The notes under the pieces: model-generated
The model's database searches: none
The model's input: only the letters and a program-made list of their open reading frames with translations
Told to the model about the DNA's origin: nothing
Part shown: piece after piece, positions 62,601 to 64,000 of the stretch
Position numbering within the stretch: the stretch's first letter is position 1
Layout: every line of letters begins with the position of its first letter
IMG/VR virus record: IMGVR_UViG_3300049573_000247
Coordinates: 32,001-96,000 of that record
Length of the DNA: 64,000 nucleotides
Reading direction: 5' to 3' (one strand)
DNA from: a virus
Lineage: Duplodnaviria; Caudoviricetes
Program-made: the position numbers and the translations under genes

Positions 62601-64000
62601 ATGCCGGTAACCGTGAACACTGACCTGCCGCTGCACCCGGAGCGCGACACCGCCTGGGACGGCGACGCCGCCCGTGCCGCGATGGCCCGCCGCTGCTCCT
62701 CCGAAGACGGCGTCATGGCCGACTGCATGGGAGCCGGGTTCGTGTGGCGTGACGGCGACGCCAACGCCTCCACCATCGGCGCCTATTCGCTTCCAGTCGC
62801 CGACGTCTTCTCCGGCGATCTCCATCTGGTCCTGTCGGGCGTGCAGGCGGCGGCCAACGCCGTCTCCCCGGCTCGTGAGCCCGGTGGCCCCCGCGCCATG
62901 GGCGGCACTGAGGACGAGCTGAACCAGATGCGCTCGGCGATCGAGCGCATCCTCGCTCGCTTCGCCCGCGAATTCGACGACGACACCATCCGCGCCCCCT
63001 GGGAAGCAGAGCCCGAATCCGAACGCGCCTCGGGCGCCGCACCGGTAGCCGTTGCCGGATGCTGCGGCGGCTGCGGGTGCGCAGGCACCAAGACCACTGA
63101 CAACACCGAGGCCCAGCGGCCCGAACCGAAGCAGGAGGGGGAGGCTGCTATGCCCGACATCGCCAGCGCCCAGAACATCGAACTGGGCCGTCCCCGAAGC
63201 CGCGTCATCCGCGCCTCGGCCACCGGCGGGGAATGGCGCCCGCCGGTCGACCACTTCGCCAACCCGCACCTGAATGAGCCGACCAAGCTGACCGTCACCG
63301 CTGACGGCAGGGTCTACGGCCACCTCGCGACCTGGGACCAGCCGCATATCGGCTATGACGGCAAGCTCGTCTACCCGCCGCGCAACCGCGATGGTGCCTA
63401 CGGCTACTTCCGGCAGTCGCAGGTCGTCACCGCCGACGGCTCGGTCGTCCCGGTCGGGATTCTCACCATGAACACCGGTCACGCCGACGAGTCGCTCTCG
63501 GCCGACGCCGCCGCCGCGCACTACGACAACACCGGCACGATGATGGCCGCCGTCAACGTCGGCGAAGACTCGATCGGCATCTGGCTGGCCGGTTCGATGC
63601 TGCCCGATGTGTCTCCAGAACTGCGCAACCGCTTCTCGCTGGCGCGCGTCTCCGGCGACTGGCGCCAGCCCAAGCCCGGCGCGCCGCTCGAACTCATCGC
63701 CGCGCTCAGCGTGCCCAACCCGGGTTTCCCCGTCCGGCAAAGCGCTGAGTTGCTGGCGTCCGACCGCCTGACGCTCGCTGCTTCCGGACTGGTCAAGGCC
63801 GAGGCTGGGGAGATCCGCACCTTCATCTGCGCCGGTGCGACCGTCGTCGATGAAGCCCAGCAGGCCGCGCTCACTGACGCCGTCCGCACCGCGATCGGCC
63901 CCGACTTCATCAACCAGGTAAAAGACGCCGTCATCGAAGCGATCAAGTCGCAGGCTGACCTCGCTCCGAAGGAAGCCGAACCGGTTCCTCCCGTGGCTCC
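62601..64000 (+). CDS. capsid maturation protease (with extra N-terminal domain), truncated; missing from ORF track
   Basis: open frame from ATG 62601; GRVYGHLA.W, GHA, AHYD, GED..GIW.AG, SGDWR, LEL.AAL.V..PGFP. Confidence 0.85.
   Translation, partial: MPVTVNTDLPLHPERDTAWDGDAARAAMARRCSSEDGVMADCMGAGFVWRDGDANASTIGAYSLPVADVFSGDLHLVLSGVQAAANAVSPAREPGGPRAMGGTEDELNQMRSAIERILARFAREFDDDTIRAPWEAEPESERASGAAPVAVAGCCGGCGCAGTKTTDNTEAQRPEPKQEGEAAMPDIASAQNIELGRPRSRVIRASATGGEWRPPVDHFANPHLNEPTKLTVTADGRVYGHLATWDQPHIGYDGKLVYPPRNRDGAYGYFRQSQVVTADGSVVPVGILTMNTGHADESLSADAAAAHYDNTGTMMAAVNVGEDSIGIWLAGSMLPDVSPELRNRFSLARVSGDWRQPKPGAPLELIAALSVPNPGFPVRQSAELLASDRLTLAASGLVKAEAGEIRTFICAGATVVDEAQQAALTDAVRTAIGPDFINQVKDAVIEAIKSQADLAPKEAEPVPPVA

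Larger units (their letters stand above)
1..64000. mobile_element. Large actinobacteriophage genome segment (early region, non-coding control block, packaging and head genes)
   Basis: terL, terS-like, portal, head protease, holin, endolysin, phage-type tRNAs; dense small ORFs with overlapping start/stop codons; no host housekeeping genes. Confidence 0.95.

Noticed and set aside
7495-63740. Long opposite-strand ORFs (for example 7495-8649, 10329-11543, 28924-30315, 35034-36476, 62568-63740)
   Set aside because: Antisense shadows of high-GC3 genes; no SD or motifs, low-complexity composition
1-64000. Stop-codon reassignment, retron or diversity-generating retroelement
   Set aside because: Conserved genes read through in code 11, no suppressor tRNA, and no reverse-transcriptase motif seen

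Overview
The whole window reads as part of a large, GC-rich tailed phage of an actinobacterial (probably filamentous actinomycete) host. No host housekeeping gene and no integrase is visible. Positions 1-47.5 kb are about 90 mostly small minus-strand early/accessory genes. They include RtcB RNA ligase, tRNA-Lys(UUU), an HNH nuclease, a SLOG/DUF2493 protein, a SAM methyltransferase-like protein, GntR/PadR/XRE regulators, a candidate ADP-ribosyltransferase and several internal paralog families. An r1t-type holin and an endolysin lie separately inside this region. Positions 47.5-48.9 kb are non-coding, dense in direct and inverted repeats, and end at an abrupt strand-composition switch (candidate origin or packaging/terminus region). 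Positions 49-64 kb hold terS (+), tRNA-Tyr, terL (-), HIT, two DUF6879 proteins, then DUF1360-portal-head protease (+) of mycobacteriophage cluster-B-like type. Most interesting: (1) the late genes are scattered and inverted, and each of four late units has a -10/6-nt/start-codon (leaderless) promoter with a shared TGTCCG(G/T)TT box; (2) two unannotated, highly structured candidate RNAs lie immediately upstream of terL and of tRNA-Tyr; (3) a tRNA-Lys with two U.U mismatches in the anticodon stem occurs together with tRNA-Tyr and RtcB, suggesting a counter-defence set against tRNA cleavage. All family calls are from motif recognition by eye; no searches or folding programs were run.
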